This document shows positions 9,378 to 20,021 of a DNA stretch of 64,000 nt, in pieces. The notes beneath the pieces were generated by a model. That model made no database searches, was not told the origin of the DNA, and saw only the letters and a list, made by a program, of their open reading frames with translations. The stretch is from positions 98,155 through 162,154 of the forward strand of contig JACQKW010000015.1 of assembly GCA_016204385.1 (NCBI GenBank), given 5' to 3'. A program made the position numbers and the translations under genes. Origin of the DNA: Candidatus Liptonbacteria bacterium. Lineage in GTDB: Bacteria; Patescibacteriota; Minisyncoccia; UBA6257; 2-01-FULL-56-20. Every line of letters starts with the position of its first letter. The stretch's first letter is position 1.

Positions 9378-9435
9378 AGAGTCGTGATAGAATCGGTAAG
9401 TTACAAAACTCGTGTGGCGGCGCGGTAAAACATCG

Positions 9436-10920
9436 ATGCACATCAAAGATTTCATATTCGAACCGAAGACGGGCGGGCAAAGGATCGGGCGAAGGATTTT
9501 CCGGAACGCGTTCTGGCTCACGTTCGGCGATGTGCTGAATCGGGTCCTCAAGCTCGCCCTTGTGGCGGTTATGACGCGCGTACTTCCCGTCGCGGAGTTC
9601 GGCGCGTTCACGTTTACGCTGAATCTCTTAGGGCTCACGTTCATACTCGCCGATCTTGGCATCTCAAACGTGCTCCAGCGAAGACTTGCGGCCGAGGACG
9701 ATCGCACGTACCTCTCAACCACGTTTGCCATGAAACTCGGGCTTCTTGTGCTTGCGGGCGTAGTTTCGCGTATCGCGGCAGGAGTAAGCGACCCTGCCGT
9801 TGCAGCGCTCGCATCCGTCCTTATTTTCATGATGGCGCTCGACGTGCTTAAGAATTTCTTCCTCGTCATTCACACCGCGAAAAACCGCATGGACAAAGTT
9901 GCCATCGCGAACAATGCGGAAACCGCAGTGATCGTGCTTCTCGGATTTCTCGTGCTTACGAACGTTCCCTCGGTCATCGCGCTTGCGTGGGTATATGTGC
10001 TCGGAGCGCTCGCCGCATTCTCCTACGTCGCGTGGACCGTGCGGCGGGAACTCCTGGGGCTTTTTTCGTTTATCAACGTCCGGCTCATGAAAACAGTGGC
10101 GTGGGCGGGCTGGCCGCTCGCCTTGGGGGGCATGGTATGGGGGCTTATGAGCACCACCGACAGCCTAATCCTCGGATGGCTCACGAACCTTGAGCTCGCG
10201 GCATTCTACAACGCCGCCGCAAAAATTCCCCAGTTTTTGGGGCCAATCGGGGGAATCGTGGTGGGCGCGACGTTTCCCTCGCTCGTCGCAACCATAAAAA
10301 ATCATGAGCTTCACAAAAAACTTTTCGAGAGAATCAATGAAATTCTGTTTGCCCTCACCATACCGATCGCGGCCGGGGGCCTATTGGTCGCCGAACCCAT
10401 AATCCGAACGCTCTATGGCGACGCCTACCTTCCCTCGGCGTTCGTGCTTATATTTCTCCTTTTTAACCTCGTACAAACCGCCATTAATTTCTTTCTCACC
10501 CAACTTATCTTCGCGCACGATCATCAGTCGCAATCGCTCCTCTATGTCTCGCTCGCGTGGCTCACAAATATTGCCTTGAGCGTCATTCTTATTCCGATCT
10601 ATGGCATGGGAGGGGCAGTCGGCGCCACGATCCTCGGCCAAGGGCTTATCTTCATTTCGCACACACATTTCGTAAAAAGAAAATACGGGCTCGTCGTACT
10701 CACGAAAGAGGTGGCAAAGCCGGCATTCGCGGCGGCAATGATGTATGTGATACTTTTGGCGTTCGGCGCCGGCCGCAGGTCAATCTTCATCACGATACCA
10801 GCGGGAGCTATTCTTTACGGAATTATACTGATCGCACTCAAGCCAAATCTTCTTCACGACATTAAAAGCCTCTTTCGCGGAGAGAAACCGCGAATTGCGC
10901 CGGAGACCGGGAATCTTTAA
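9436..10920 (+). CDS. Wzx-type polysaccharide flippase
   Basis: About 12-14 TM helices; N..W...G, ADLG, D..ILG..YNAA..I MATE/Wzx pattern. Confidence 0.88.
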   Translation: MHIKDFIFEPKTGGQRIGRRIFRNAFWLTFGDVLNRVLKLALVAVMTRVLPVAEFGAFTFTLNLLGLTFILADLGISNVLQRRLAAEDDRTYLSTTFAMKLGLLVLAGVVSRIAAGVSDPAVAALASVLIFMMALDVLKNFFLVIHTAKNRMDKVAIANNAETAVIVLLGFLVLTNVPSVIALAWVYVLGALAAFSYVAWTVRRELLGLFSFINVRLMKTVAWAGWPLALGGMVWGLMSTTDSLILGWLTNLELAAFYNAAAKIPQFLGPIGGIVVGATFPSLVATIKNHELHKKLFERINEILFALTIPIAAGGLLVAEPIIRTLYGDAYLPSAFVLIFLLFNLVQTAINFFLTQLIFAHDHQSQSLLYVSLAWLTNIALSVILIPIYGMGGAVGATILGQGLIFISHTHFVKRKYGLVVLTKEVAKPAFAAAMMYVILLAFGAGRRSIFITIPAGAILYGIILIALKPNLLHDIKSLFRGEKPRIAPETGNL

Positions 10921-11909
10921 CGCTTGCGCGCCCTGAACGTCAGTTCATCTCCCAGTGTGAAGGGACGGAGCAGAGGATCAATGAAAAACTCCGCGGCGTT
11001 TGAAATCGCATTCAACTGGCGCAGGGTTTTTGCGCCTGCAGCTCTGAATTTCGGGAATGCATACCCGATGTCCGCCATGAGAGTGGAGAAAATCTTGACC
11101 GAAACAACCGAAGTTACGCGAAAACCGCATTGCGAGAGAAGGGTGAGCAGATTTTTCTTGTTGTAGTTATACAAATGCCGCGGAATCTCGAATCCAAACC
11201 AGTTTTTTCCGAACAATCGCGCGAGAAAACTCCCGGTATTGGGAACGGTAATAATGACCTCCCCGTCGTCTTTGAGGATGCGCTTTGCTTCGGACAGCAT
11301 TTCCTTCGGATCGGGCAGATGCTCAAATACGTGGTGCATGGTGATCGCGTCGAAATGGCTGTCAGGAAAACGGAGTTCGCCCACCGTCCCAACATGGGCG
11401 TCGAGCCCCCTTTTCTTCGCGACCCCAACCGCGCGCTCTGAAAAATCAATACCAACGACTTCCGTCCATCCTACACGCTTCATTGACGACATGAACTGGC
11501 CGCTTCCGCAACCGATATCAAGCAGACTGCCGTTGTCCCGATAGTAAGGATAATGCGCGAGCCGTAACGCATAGGGATAGAAAATGACCTGCCACCATCT
11601 CTTCCCCGGCGGATATCCGAACCAATAGCGCCGCGCTCCGCGGGACATCACGTTCCGGATCCTGCCCGTCGTTTCGCCATGCGCTCCGGAGTCCGCAAAA
11701 TCGGCGTGAGGTCCGTATTCGCGGGGGTAATGCGCGTGAAGCACGCGCTCCCCGGGGTGGGGCGAAAGAAATACCAGTCCGCACGCCGGACAGCGCCAAA
11801 GATCAAATTCACCCTTGCGGCCTTCGTAGAGCCGATCCGGGCTTCGGAAGTAGGGCGAGGCCGCCCGCGCGCAGATAAAACACCGAATATCCTTTCGTGG
11901 AGAATCCAT
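10917..11909 (-). CDS. Class I SAM methyltransferase with N-terminal Zn ribbon
   Basis: CxxC...CxxC, LLDIGCGSG, HVFEHL and VPN motifs. Confidence 0.88.
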   Translation of the reverse strand: MDSPRKDIRCFICARAASPYFRSPDRLYEGRKGEFDLWRCPACGLVFLSPHPGERVLHAHYPREYGPHADFADSGAHGETTGRIRNVMSRGARRYWFGYPPGKRWWQVIFYPYALRLAHYPYYRDNGSLLDIGCGSGQFMSSMKRVGWTEVVGIDFSERAVGVAKKRGLDAHVGTVGELRFPDSHFDAITMHHVFEHLPDPKEMLSEAKRILKDDGEVIITVPNTGSFLARLFGKNWFGFEIPRHLYNYNKKNLLTLLSQCGFRVTSVVSVKIFSTLMADIGYAFPKFRAAGAKTLRQLNAISNAAEFFIDPLLRPFTLGDELTFRARKR

Positions 11910-12644
11910 CTACTGAACAGAGCGGATGATTTTTTTAAAAAGGGCCTTGATCGGTTTTCTTAGGGCGCCGGGAATCGGGAGCGCGCGCAGGCCGTAGATC
12001 ATGTTCAAAAAGTACGCGTAGCGATTCCTTATCCTGTCCCACGACGTCTGCCGCGCGGGGTGCACCTTTGTCGCAAAACTTACGGAGTCAATCACGCCCG
12101 CCGCGCGGAAATGCCGCGAGAGAAAAATACACTCACGTACCACTCGTTTCACGTCGTCGAACGTCGAATCGTGATAGGCAATTACGCCGCCTTCGATAAG
12201 GTGCGGGAACCATGAATCGAAATCGAGCTTCGCCGCCTCGTAGGCGTGTGCGCCGTCGATCCAAAGAAATTCCACCGGTGTATCCCACGTCTTCGCCACA
12301 CTTTCCGAACGGCCAACGATCGGCACCACAAATTCGGTTACCCCTGCGTGTGTAATGTTTTTTTTGAATTCCTCGAACGTCCAGATGTTTTTCGTTTTGA
12401 ATATCTCGTGGTGTTCCGGCGCCCCCGTATGCGGGTCTATTGCGTATACTTTTCCCCCCTTGCCGTCCTTGAGGCCATTCGCAAGCCAAATCGTTGATTT
12501 TCCTTTCCAGGAACCGATTTCTACAATCGCGCCTCTGCCGGTGCATCTTCTTGCCGTTTCATAGAGAAACCTTCCCTCGTCACGAGAGAGCCATCCATCC
12601 ACATGCTCCAGCGTTTTTTCAATTTCGCCAATTCTCTCGTTCAT
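11910..12644 (-). CDS. Methyltransferase (Methyltransf_24-like)
   Basis: VEIGSWKGKS, IDGAH.YE and GG..AYHD motifs. Confidence 0.85.
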   Translation of the reverse strand: MNERIGEIEKTLEHVDGWLSRDEGRFLYETARRCTGRGAIVEIGSWKGKSTIWLANGLKDGKGGKVYAIDPHTGAPEHHEIFKTKNIWTFEEFKKNITHAGVTEFVVPIVGRSESVAKTWDTPVEFLWIDGAHAYEAAKLDFDSWFPHLIEGGVIAYHDSTFDDVKRVVRECIFLSRHFRAAGVIDSVSFATKVHPARQTSWDRIRNRYAYFLNMIYGLRALPIPGALRKPIKALFKKIIRSVQ

Positions 12645-12645
12645 C

Positions 12646-13629
12646 TTAAAAAATCACTTCTTCCGGAAGAGCTTCCTTCGCGAGGCCCCAATCTTCTCCG
12701 CTCGGAAGCCAGGGTTTCTTCGCGCGAAGCATCTTGAGGTAGAAAGGTTTATTGCGCTCAAAATCGGAACGCGGCCGTCCGCTCTCGACCCCTCCTCGTT
12801 CATGATCCTGGTGGTAGATAGGATACGGAAATATTTTCTGGGTAAGGCCCGCGGCAAGCGCCATAAAGCAGAGGGCGTCAGGATACGCATAGTGGTTCAC
12901 CTCCGGATAGCCGCCAAAAAAATCCCACCATTTTTTGTGCATGAGAAAGAAGTCCCCGGCGGCGTTCATGTAAGGAGGGGGGTGGGGGAAAAACCTGGCG
13001 CGGTTCCTTAGGTAGGTGAGCATTCTTCTCGCGTTGCGCGCACCGAACCAATATTCGCCGCGCACGAACATGGCGCCATAATTGTTGTGTACGTACCGAA
13101 AATTATCCGCGCAAAATGCGAGTTGCTCCTCCGGGGAGAGTGCGCGCGGGATCGCATCTTTTGGGAGATCATGCCGATCAACGCGATACACCGAATGCTC
13201 GTCCAAACGTCTCGACCCGAAATACCCTACAAGCTCGCTGCTGTAGACGAGGTCGGGGTTCGTGCAAAGCACGTATTCTCCGCGCGCGCGGCGCGCGCCG
13301 ACGTTCTTCCCGAAATATTCGAAAAAGTACTGCCGGTCGCCGTGTGGCACCGTGCGATGCACTGCGGGGGGCACTTCCACAATCCGGACGCTGCCGTAGG
13401 GAAGTTGCCGTGGCCAGGCAAGCACATTCTTTAGTTTCGGCTGATTGGCCGGGGGGTTCCACTCAACGATAATAAGCTCCGCGTTCAATGCATACTTCTC
13501 CCATAGATAAAACTGATTGTTTAAAAAGATTTGAAAACGATCTAAAAATCCTTCGCCGTAATTATCGTTTCTCCCAACAACGACGAGCGAAAGATACGGG
13601 TTATGCGGTGTTCGTTGTGCGCGTTTCAT
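12646..13629 (-). CDS. GT2-like/hypothetical glycan-modifying protein
   Basis: SLVVVGRNDNYG, KNVGARRARG, TNPD and GDF motifs (GT-A-like). Confidence 0.65.
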   Translation of the reverse strand: MKRAQRTPHNPYLSLVVVGRNDNYGEGFLDRFQIFLNNQFYLWEKYALNAELIIVEWNPPANQPKLKNVLAWPRQLPYGSVRIVEVPPAVHRTVPHGDRQYFFEYFGKNVGARRARGEYVLCTNPDLVYSSELVGYFGSRRLDEHSVYRVDRHDLPKDAIPRALSPEEQLAFCADNFRYVHNNYGAMFVRGEYWFGARNARRMLTYLRNRARFFPHPPPYMNAAGDFFLMHKKWWDFFGGYPEVNHYAYPDALCFMALAAGLTQKIFPYPIYHQDHERGGVESGRPRSDFERNKPFYLKMLRAKKPWLPSGEDWGLAKEALPEEVIF

Positions 13630-16090
13630 ATGATTCCTTTGTGCGCCTATGCCAAACAAATATTACCGGGACAATTGCCATAGTCAACAGCGACACGATG
13701 ATCGAGTACGGGAAAAAGAGGGGTTCGTACGCAAATCGCACCTCGTGAGTTCCCTTGGGGACATATACCCCGCGGAAGAGCACGTTTGCGGGATACACTG
13801 CCGTAGGCCTGTCGTCCAAATAAGCGCGCCAGCGACTGAAGAACGTATCGGTCAAAACCAGCATCGCGTCCCGATCAGCTTCGGTTGAAATGACGACTTC
13901 ATCGGGGCGATAAGAAACAATGTCCGCCGCTACGTAGCGCTCTTTGCCGGAACCAAGAAGTTCTGCTTCGCCGCCGCCCTCAAGAACCACCGACGTTTTT
14001 GGATCAAATGATTCGGCATAGAACATATCGCGCGCCTCGGCTGGCGTCCGAGCATCCATTACATGAAAGACAAGGTATGCTCGAGGCAAAACCACAGTAT
14101 TTTCGTAAATCCGAAGATCGTCATCATAGACAAGCTTAAACGCTGAATCAACCGCTTCGAAAGGCATGGTTGATTCCGTCACAAAGTATTTCAGATTCGC
14201 CGCGTCAAAGAACTTCTGGGGAGTAGCGGCGACATCTTCTGTGTTTAATTTAAAATAATCGTGATCATTTTTTAAAATCGTGTCCGGCACGAACGAGCGG
14301 AATCGTTCCGGAAATACGGCTGATGTGGTTTGAAACTTACGGATACGATAAGTATCCCCTAAACTCACCGGGAACGTATATCCCGTGCTTATAACTCCGA
14401 AGTAATCACTGCTCGTCTTTGACTGCAAGAACTCTACGAATGGCGGCGTTACGTATGGATCGAAGTATTTGAATCCATCCCTTATTTTCGGCATATACAA
14501 CCATGATTCGAATACAAGGAATATAAGAAGCGCAGTGAGCGCGAATGTCTTCTTTGATCGAACCGCCCAAAAGATGAGCGCAACCACCACTGACGCGAAA
14601 AGTACGGTCTTCAGAAAAAGGAAGGACACGAAATACGCCCCGTCGCGGATGAATGAAAGCGCGGCGCTTCTTATCCATTCCGGGAACCTTGCAAGCGCGT
14701 TCTCTATAAGCCCCACGGTCTCCGGCCGGCGATTCAGAAGATCTAAATCAGGGGTGTAGCTTTGAAGGAATTCGCCGCGGAACGCGAGAAATATAAAGAG
14801 GAATGCCGCAATAATGGACAGTATCGAGGCAAGAAATCGCCTTGTATCAAACCGGAGACGACGGGAAAGGCCGTCGAACGCGAACGCGGCAACCACGCTT
14901 ACCGCAAACGCCATTGGTCCGTAGAGCTTATGCCACCCGATCTTGTCGAGTATCGGAAGGCTTCCTATCCAGTGCACAAGCGGAAATCCAAATATCTTCA
15001 GGATTCCGAACGCGACGAATCCGTAGAAAAAATAGATGACGTTCGGCTTCGGCCGCATGAAAAAGCTTAAAAGAAAGAGTAAAAGAACGGCGATCGTGAC
15101 GTACGGCACGATGTTCAAGAATGTGTCGAAAAGATGCCCCCCGATCGCGAATTCCAGGAACGTCGAGGGTGTCACGAACAGATGAAGAAGATATATTGGG
15201 TTCGCGTACTCGAGTCCGTGTTTCATCGTAACGAACGGCCCGTAATCGTAGATGGTGACGGCCTGAACGAAAAGCGTAAGAAGATCAATGAAATACGGAA
15301 GCGCGATAAGCCCCCCGATCAACATAATAAACACAAAACTCCTTATATGCGCAGCATACCGTGCGCGGAGCGTCCTCTCATTAAAAACTCTCCAAAGAAA
15401 ATACGCACCGAAGAAGAGGGTGGCCAAGATCACCGACTGGGGCTGACCCGCGACGGTGAGAAGCCCCACGAATAATCCCGTAAGAAATACGTAACGCCCT
15501 CGGCCTGTTCCTCCCTGCAGATATTTTTCCAAGCCGAAGAAGATGTACGGCAGAGTTGCCTCAATGTCCAGAAACCAATAGGTAAGAAAGACAAAAAAAT
15601 ATCCGGAGAACATATACGCGACTCCCCCGAAGAGCGCGGAGCGCCTCTCGAGCCCCATCGTTCGAAGATAAAGGAAAGCGCCGAACCCCGCGATTATAAA
15701 TCTGAGGATAATCGCCCAATCGAATGCCCTAAGAGTGTCGAAGATATAGAAATAGGCGAGCCGGAAGGGATTATAGAGCGCGCCGCCCAAGAGAAGCGCG
15801 GACTCTCCCCCGCCATCGTACGGAGACCACAGCGGCAGGCGGCCCGATTTCAAAGTCTCGATTGCGAAACGCGTCGCAGGCACCTCGGTACGCACATGCG
15901 TGCTCCCATCAATTACCCACGGCGTCTTGATCTGCGGCGGGACAAGGTTGTGGCGCTCGTAGAGAACCGGAAACGCCTCGAAAAGCGATTGAAACCCGAG
16001 CGCAACCGGAAGGAAAAAGAGGAGCGCGAGAAGGCCTACAAAAAATAGGCCGTAGAAATAGTCGTTTTTGAAAGTAAAGGGGTTTTTCAT
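13601..16090 (-). CDS. YfhO-family (GT-C) membrane protein
   Basis: PLWSPY..GG N-terminus, many TM helices, and C-terminal LPRA...W.A..D...AN..FRG..VP.G.H.V.F.Y.P. Confidence 0.85.
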   Translation of the reverse strand: MKNPFTFKNDYFYGLFFVGLLALLFFLPVALGFQSLFEAFPVLYERHNLVPPQIKTPWVIDGSTHVRTEVPATRFAIETLKSGRLPLWSPYDGGGESALLLGGALYNPFRLAYFYIFDTLRAFDWAIILRFIIAGFGAFLYLRTMGLERRSALFGGVAYMFSGYFFVFLTYWFLDIEATLPYIFFGLEKYLQGGTGRGRYVFLTGLFVGLLTVAGQPQSVILATLFFGAYFLWRVFNERTLRARYAAHIRSFVFIMLIGGLIALPYFIDLLTLFVQAVTIYDYGPFVTMKHGLEYANPIYLLHLFVTPSTFLEFAIGGHLFDTFLNIVPYVTIAVLLLFLLSFFMRPKPNVIYFFYGFVAFGILKIFGFPLVHWIGSLPILDKIGWHKLYGPMAFAVSVVAAFAFDGLSRRLRFDTRRFLASILSIIAAFLFIFLAFRGEFLQSYTPDLDLLNRRPETVGLIENALARFPEWIRSAALSFIRDGAYFVSFLFLKTVLFASVVVALIFWAVRSKKTFALTALLIFLVFESWLYMPKIRDGFKYFDPYVTPPFVEFLQSKTSSDYFGVISTGYTFPVSLGDTYRIRKFQTTSAVFPERFRSFVPDTILKNDHDYFKLNTEDVAATPQKFFDAANLKYFVTESTMPFEAVDSAFKLVYDDDLRIYENTVVLPRAYLVFHVMDARTPAEARDMFYAESFDPKTSVVLEGGGEAELLGSGKERYVAADIVSYRPDEVVISTEADRDAMLVLTDTFFSRWRAYLDDRPTAVYPANVLFRGVYVPKGTHEVRFAYEPLFFPYSIIVSLLTMAIVPVIFVWHRRTKESYETRTTNTA

Positions 16091-16118
16091 CGTAAAGAGT
16101 AATGAGTAAAGGGTAATG
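16091..16118. repeat. 7-nt-period array abutting the YfhO start codon
   Basis: CGTAAAG AGTAATG AGTAAAG GGTAATG. Confidence 0.65.
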
Positions 16119-16134
16119 AAAAAAATGCGGGGGG

Positions 16135-16968
16135 TCAGTATTCGGGCGTGCGCGCTCTTCTTTTCGCATACTGGAATAATTTCGGAAATTTCATTTTTAC
16201 GGCGCCCGCAAATCCCCTCAAATAACGATTTTTAACGAAGAGCAGCGTAAAAGGAGAAAAAAATCTTCCGCCGTGTTTTCGATTTACCGTCCACGTTTCG
16301 TCCCATGATCGCTTCGCGCCAACCCATGATTTTTTCTCTTCATGCAAGCCGCCGACACTTGTCACTTCGGGAATATGCCGGACAGTGCCGTGAGATCTCA
16401 TAATCCGCAAAAAAAGTTCGTACTCCGGCACATACTCGATCCGCTCGTCGAGATACCCTACATTCGGAAGCCACGATCTCCGAAAGATGCTTCCGTCCTG
16501 CGGGATCTGATATCCCCGATTTAACATGTCGTCGAGCGTGTAACGCCGATAGCGGCGGCGCACTCGGTTTCCGTCCGCATATTCACCCCAGCTATCACCG
16601 TAGATAATGTCGGCATCCGGCACGCGCACCGCCTCCTTCATAAGGACGGCAATCCCCTCGGGGAGCCAATAATCGTCATCATGGGTAACCGTTACGTATT
16701 CACCTTGCGCCATCCGGAGTCCCTTGTTGATGGCTTCGACTTGATTTCTGTCCTTCTCCGATATCCACCGCAGACGATACTTTTTTTCATAGCGTGCGAG
16801 GAGTTCCTGCGTTCCGTCGTTCGAGAGACCGTCCACCACCACATGCTCCACATTTTTGTATGTCTGCGCAATGACGCTCTGAATCAGCCGCTCGAGCAAT
16901 TGCTTGCGGTTCCGCGTCGCGGTGACAACGGTTACCAAAGGATACTGCGACATCGATCTATGATTCAT
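16135..16968 (-). CDS. Glycosyltransferase family 2 (WcaE/WfgS-like)
   Basis: DGLSNDGT, SEKD...A.NKG and HDDD motifs; true start may be ATG 16953. Confidence 0.88.
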   Translation of the reverse strand: MNHRSMSQYPLVTVVTATRNRKQLLERLIQSVIAQTYKNVEHVVVDGLSNDGTQELLARYEKKYRLRWISEKDRNQVEAINKGLRMAQGEYVTVTHDDDYWLPEGIAVLMKEAVRVPDADIIYGDSWGEYADGNRVRRRYRRYTLDDMLNRGYQIPQDGSIFRRSWLPNVGYLDERIEYVPEYELFLRIMRSHGTVRHIPEVTSVGGLHEEKKSWVGAKRSWDETWTVNRKHGGRFFSPFTLLFVKNRYLRGFAGAVKMKFPKLFQYAKRRARTPEY

Positions 16969-17036
16969 GATTTAAGATTTACAAAAGCGACACAATTGTC
17001 CCATAATCCCTAATTCATAATTCTTTATTCACGATC
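16955..17036. repeat. Two roughly inverted 7-nt-period arrays
   Basis: GATCTAT GATTCAT GATTTAA GATTTAC ... CATAATC CCTAATT CATAATT CTTTATT CACGATC. Confidence 0.65.
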
Positions 17037-18036
17037 TTTTAAGATCGGAGTACCATTTAAGAATCGTGCGCGCCCGGTTGTGGTAGGTATGTTCGCGAAG
17101 CGCGCGTTCGGTTCCCCTTTTCTGAATTTCCTTCCGTTCCTTTTCGTGCGTAAGGTAGTACTCCACTTTTTCGAAAAAATCACGATCGTCTTTCGCCATT
17201 ACCAGCTCGTCTTCGCTGAAGTATTTCCGCGCGAGCGGCACATAGTCGGAAATCTCAAACCCGCTGCACGCAGGAATCTTGAACGTCCGGCCATTCAGAA
17301 GAAAGGTTTTTCTATCGCCCATCTCTTCGTGAAAATTAAGTGAGATCTTCGCCGATGCGTACGCCTGATTTTCCTCCTCATACGGCACTTGGCGCCCTAT
17401 CCTCCAATCAGAAACGAGCCCCGTACCGAAGAGCTTACGCTCGGCTTTCCCGAGCGGCCTCAATATATGGGTGTCAAACGCATCCCATCCCATGCCGAAG
17501 ATTTTTACGTGATATTTGTTCTTGAGCGGGAATAACCGGCGGCGATAGAGTTCCCGCTTCTTCGGAAGATTTGCCCCAACGTAGAGGATGTCGCACTCAT
17601 ATTTTTTTACTGGCGGAACCGGAAAATGGTACTGGCGCGACGCCGCGAGCGGAAGCATGCGAAGCGCGCGGCCGGTGAGAGCTTGAAACTGCGGCCACTC
17701 GAGCTCGGTGGTGTACACATCCGCCAAGTAATCATCGCGGATAAGCCGAATGAGCTCGTGATCGCCTTCTTCGATCACGCCCGCCTTTATGAACACCGCT
17801 CCGCCCCGTACGCGATATGTTTTTAAGGTTTCCGCATTCCGCGCAGGATCAATAATGTTGAGCGAGGTGATAAAAAAATCGGGAGTTACATTCCTCAATT
17901 TTTCTCCAAGATTATCACGCTCGGTCAAAGAAACAACGTCATGGCCGAGACCCCGAAACGCGTAGGTGTAACCGTCGTAGATGGTGCGGTCATCCCCTAT
18001 GCCGGCGGGATAAGGGATGTGATAAAGAATCCTCAT
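17029..18036 (-). CDS. CgeB-like glycosyltransferase (paralog of 6128-7150)
   Basis: MRILYHIP, SAKISLNFH, RTFKIPAC and EHTY motifs. Confidence 0.82.
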   Translation of the reverse strand: MRILYHIPYPAGIGDDRTIYDGYTYAFRGLGHDVVSLTERDNLGEKLRNVTPDFFITSLNIIDPARNAETLKTYRVRGGAVFIKAGVIEEGDHELIRLIRDDYLADVYTTELEWPQFQALTGRALRMLPLAASRQYHFPVPPVKKYECDILYVGANLPKKRELYRRRLFPLKNKYHVKIFGMGWDAFDTHILRPLGKAERKLFGTGLVSDWRIGRQVPYEEENQAYASAKISLNFHEEMGDRKTFLLNGRTFKIPACSGFEISDYVPLARKYFSEDELVMAKDDRDFFEKVEYYLTHEKERKEIQKRGTERALREHTYHNRARTILKWYSDLKRS

Positions 18037-18884
18037 TTTTTCTCCTCGTCAAAATCCGAAAGAAGTTTATCCTTCATCGAGTCATAGGTTTTCTCCATTG
18101 ACTCGACGGTCACATTGTTCTCTATCTCCCACATCTTCGCCTGGATATTAAAAAAATAGAAACAGTACTGCGCGGTGATAATAAGGCCGCGCCAGCCCCA
18201 CCGCCACGCGCCGCCCACGATCATATATTTGAGGAAAAAATATATTGGCTTCCCCACGAGCTTGAGTCCGGAAAAATGACGCCCGAGGCGAAGATTTGCT
18301 TTTGCTTCCTCGGTCGAATATTTGCCGTGCGCCGCCTCAAATTTTGATACGTCATAGGTGCTGAAATGATGTACCGCGTACTTCTCGCCTCGGGGAAGAT
18401 AGAGCACTTGATCCTCCGGCACGGCAATTTTTCCAAACCTGCCGATTTGATTTCCCATAAAATCTATCGCGCCTTTTTTGAAAAACCTCAATGTATATCC
18501 GTCATCCAATTTTACTCCTCCATAGTTATAATTCTTGCGCCACATCCATACCGCTCGATAGTTGTCCTGCCGCGAGAGCATGGCCATCTTTTCGAGAAGG
18601 GACTTGGTAAGAAGTTCATCCACATACGCCCAGTAGAGCCAATCGGTTTTCGCAAGTTTCTCGACGAGCGCTACGGTTTCCGCCCCCTCGGTCCAGCCGG
18701 GATGCTGAAACAACTCTACCCGCGCGCCAAATTTCCGCGCCTCGGCCGCGGTGTCGTCGCGGGTACGGTCGTCGAGCATTACAAGAACCCCGCCGTAACC
18801 GCCGAGATTTCTTAAAAGATACGGGATTCGCCTCGACTCGTCGCGCGCAAATACTACAAATGTTATGGCTTCTTCTTTACCCAT
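18033..18884 (-). CDS. Glycosyltransferase family 2 (beta-1,4-glucosyltransferase-like)
   Basis: DE..I, YVDE, and C-terminal Y...EA...F.K.Y...G.WR.G..G pattern; start trimmed to ATG 18884. Confidence 0.75.
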   Translation of the reverse strand: MGKEEAITFVVFARDESRRIPYLLRNLGGYGGVLVMLDDRTRDDTAAEARKFGARVELFQHPGWTEGAETVALVEKLAKTDWLYWAYVDELLTKSLLEKMAMLSRQDNYRAVWMWRKNYNYGGVKLDDGYTLRFFKKGAIDFMGNQIGRFGKIAVPEDQVLYLPRGEKYAVHHFSTYDVSKFEAAHGKYSTEEAKANLRLGRHFSGLKLVGKPIYFFLKYMIVGGAWRWGWRGLIITAQYCFYFFNIQAKMWEIENNVTVESMEKTYDSMKDKLLSDFDEEKK

Positions 18885-18979
18885 AGGTGATAGGCAGGAA
18901 TAGTATGGGCGAGCGTTTCGTGTTTTTAAAGAAAAACGCCCATAGTCGGTGGGGTGCGGGTCGGGCAAACCCCGAAGGA

Positions 18980-19969
18980 CTAAGTGAGCTTGGGCAGTTT
19001 CGCCATACGTTCCAAAATATGCGCCGCATCTTTTTCATTTCCCTGGGATGGATTCTTGAACGCTTCAATATCGGCATGGTGCACATTCTCGGGAAACGGA
19101 AATTGTTTTGCTTTTACCTCGCGCACGTAGGCAGAAAAAACGTCGTACATCAATTGTCCCACGGTTTTTTCTCCCGCGTCAGGTTTGTAGTGCTTGATAT
19201 ATTTAGGAACTGGCCGGGTGCCCCAATCATAGAGATCAAGCGGATCGTGCCCGATTAAGAGCTGGCCGTCCACGTGCCTCCCGGAGCCGATGCCGTAGAC
19301 GGGAATTTTAAGCTCGTTTCTGATGATCCCCGAAACCTCTTCCGTCACGCCCTCAAGAAGAATTGCAAATGCTCCCGCGTTCTCCAGGGCACACGCAGTT
19401 TTGAGAAGCTCCATCGTTCCTTCGACGGTTTTTCCCTGGATCCGATGCCCTCCCATCTCGTGGATTTTCTGGGGATTTAATCCCAAATGCCCCATCACAA
19501 GAATCTCCGCGTTTGCGATTGCTTCAAACCGAGGCAGAAGCTTCATGCTCGCTTCGCATTTCACTGCCGCACACCTCGCTTCTTTTATAAACCGCACCGC
19601 ATTATGCGCTGCGTCTTCGTTTGATGCCTGATACGCGCCCAACGGCATATCGCCCACGGTGAACATCGGCCCCGCGCCCCGCGCGGCGGCGGAGGCAAAC
19701 ACGATCATTTCGTCCATCGTCACCGGAAGCGTGTTGCCGTACCCTAACACCGTCATCCCGAGCGAGTCGCCGATAATTATGACATCAGCGCCGGCTCTGG
19801 CCGCCGTCCGCGCAAACGGATAGTCGTAAATGCTCAAGGCGGCGACCGGGATGCCTTTCTCTTTCATATCGTGAAGGGTGGTAACCTTCACGTCCGGGCG
19901 CGGCTTCGCGGGCGCCGAGCCGTGCGGCGGCGCAGAAGCTGCGGGAAGCGGTCCTTGCGCGTGTGTCAT
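18980..19969 (-). CDS. panB: 3-methyl-2-oxobutanoate hydroxymethyltransferase family
   Basis: YD...A, IGDSLGM, GDMP, VKCE, GHLGLNPQ and GIGSG...DGQ motifs. Confidence 0.9.
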   Translation of the reverse strand: MTHAQGPLPAASAPPHGSAPAKPRPDVKVTTLHDMKEKGIPVAALSIYDYPFARTAARAGADVIIIGDSLGMTVLGYGNTLPVTMDEMIVFASAAARGAGPMFTVGDMPLGAYQASNEDAAHNAVRFIKEARCAAVKCEASMKLLPRFEAIANAEILVMGHLGLNPQKIHEMGGHRIQGKTVEGTMELLKTACALENAGAFAILLEGVTEEVSGIIRNELKIPVYGIGSGRHVDGQLLIGHDPLDLYDWGTRPVPKYIKHYKPDAGEKTVGQLMYDVFSAYVREVKAKQFPFPENVHHADIEAFKNPSQGNEKDAAHILERMAKLPKLT

Positions 19970-20021
19970 ATTCCTACACGATATATCGCAACGAGGAAAA
20001 AATCAATGTTCGGGTTAAGAA

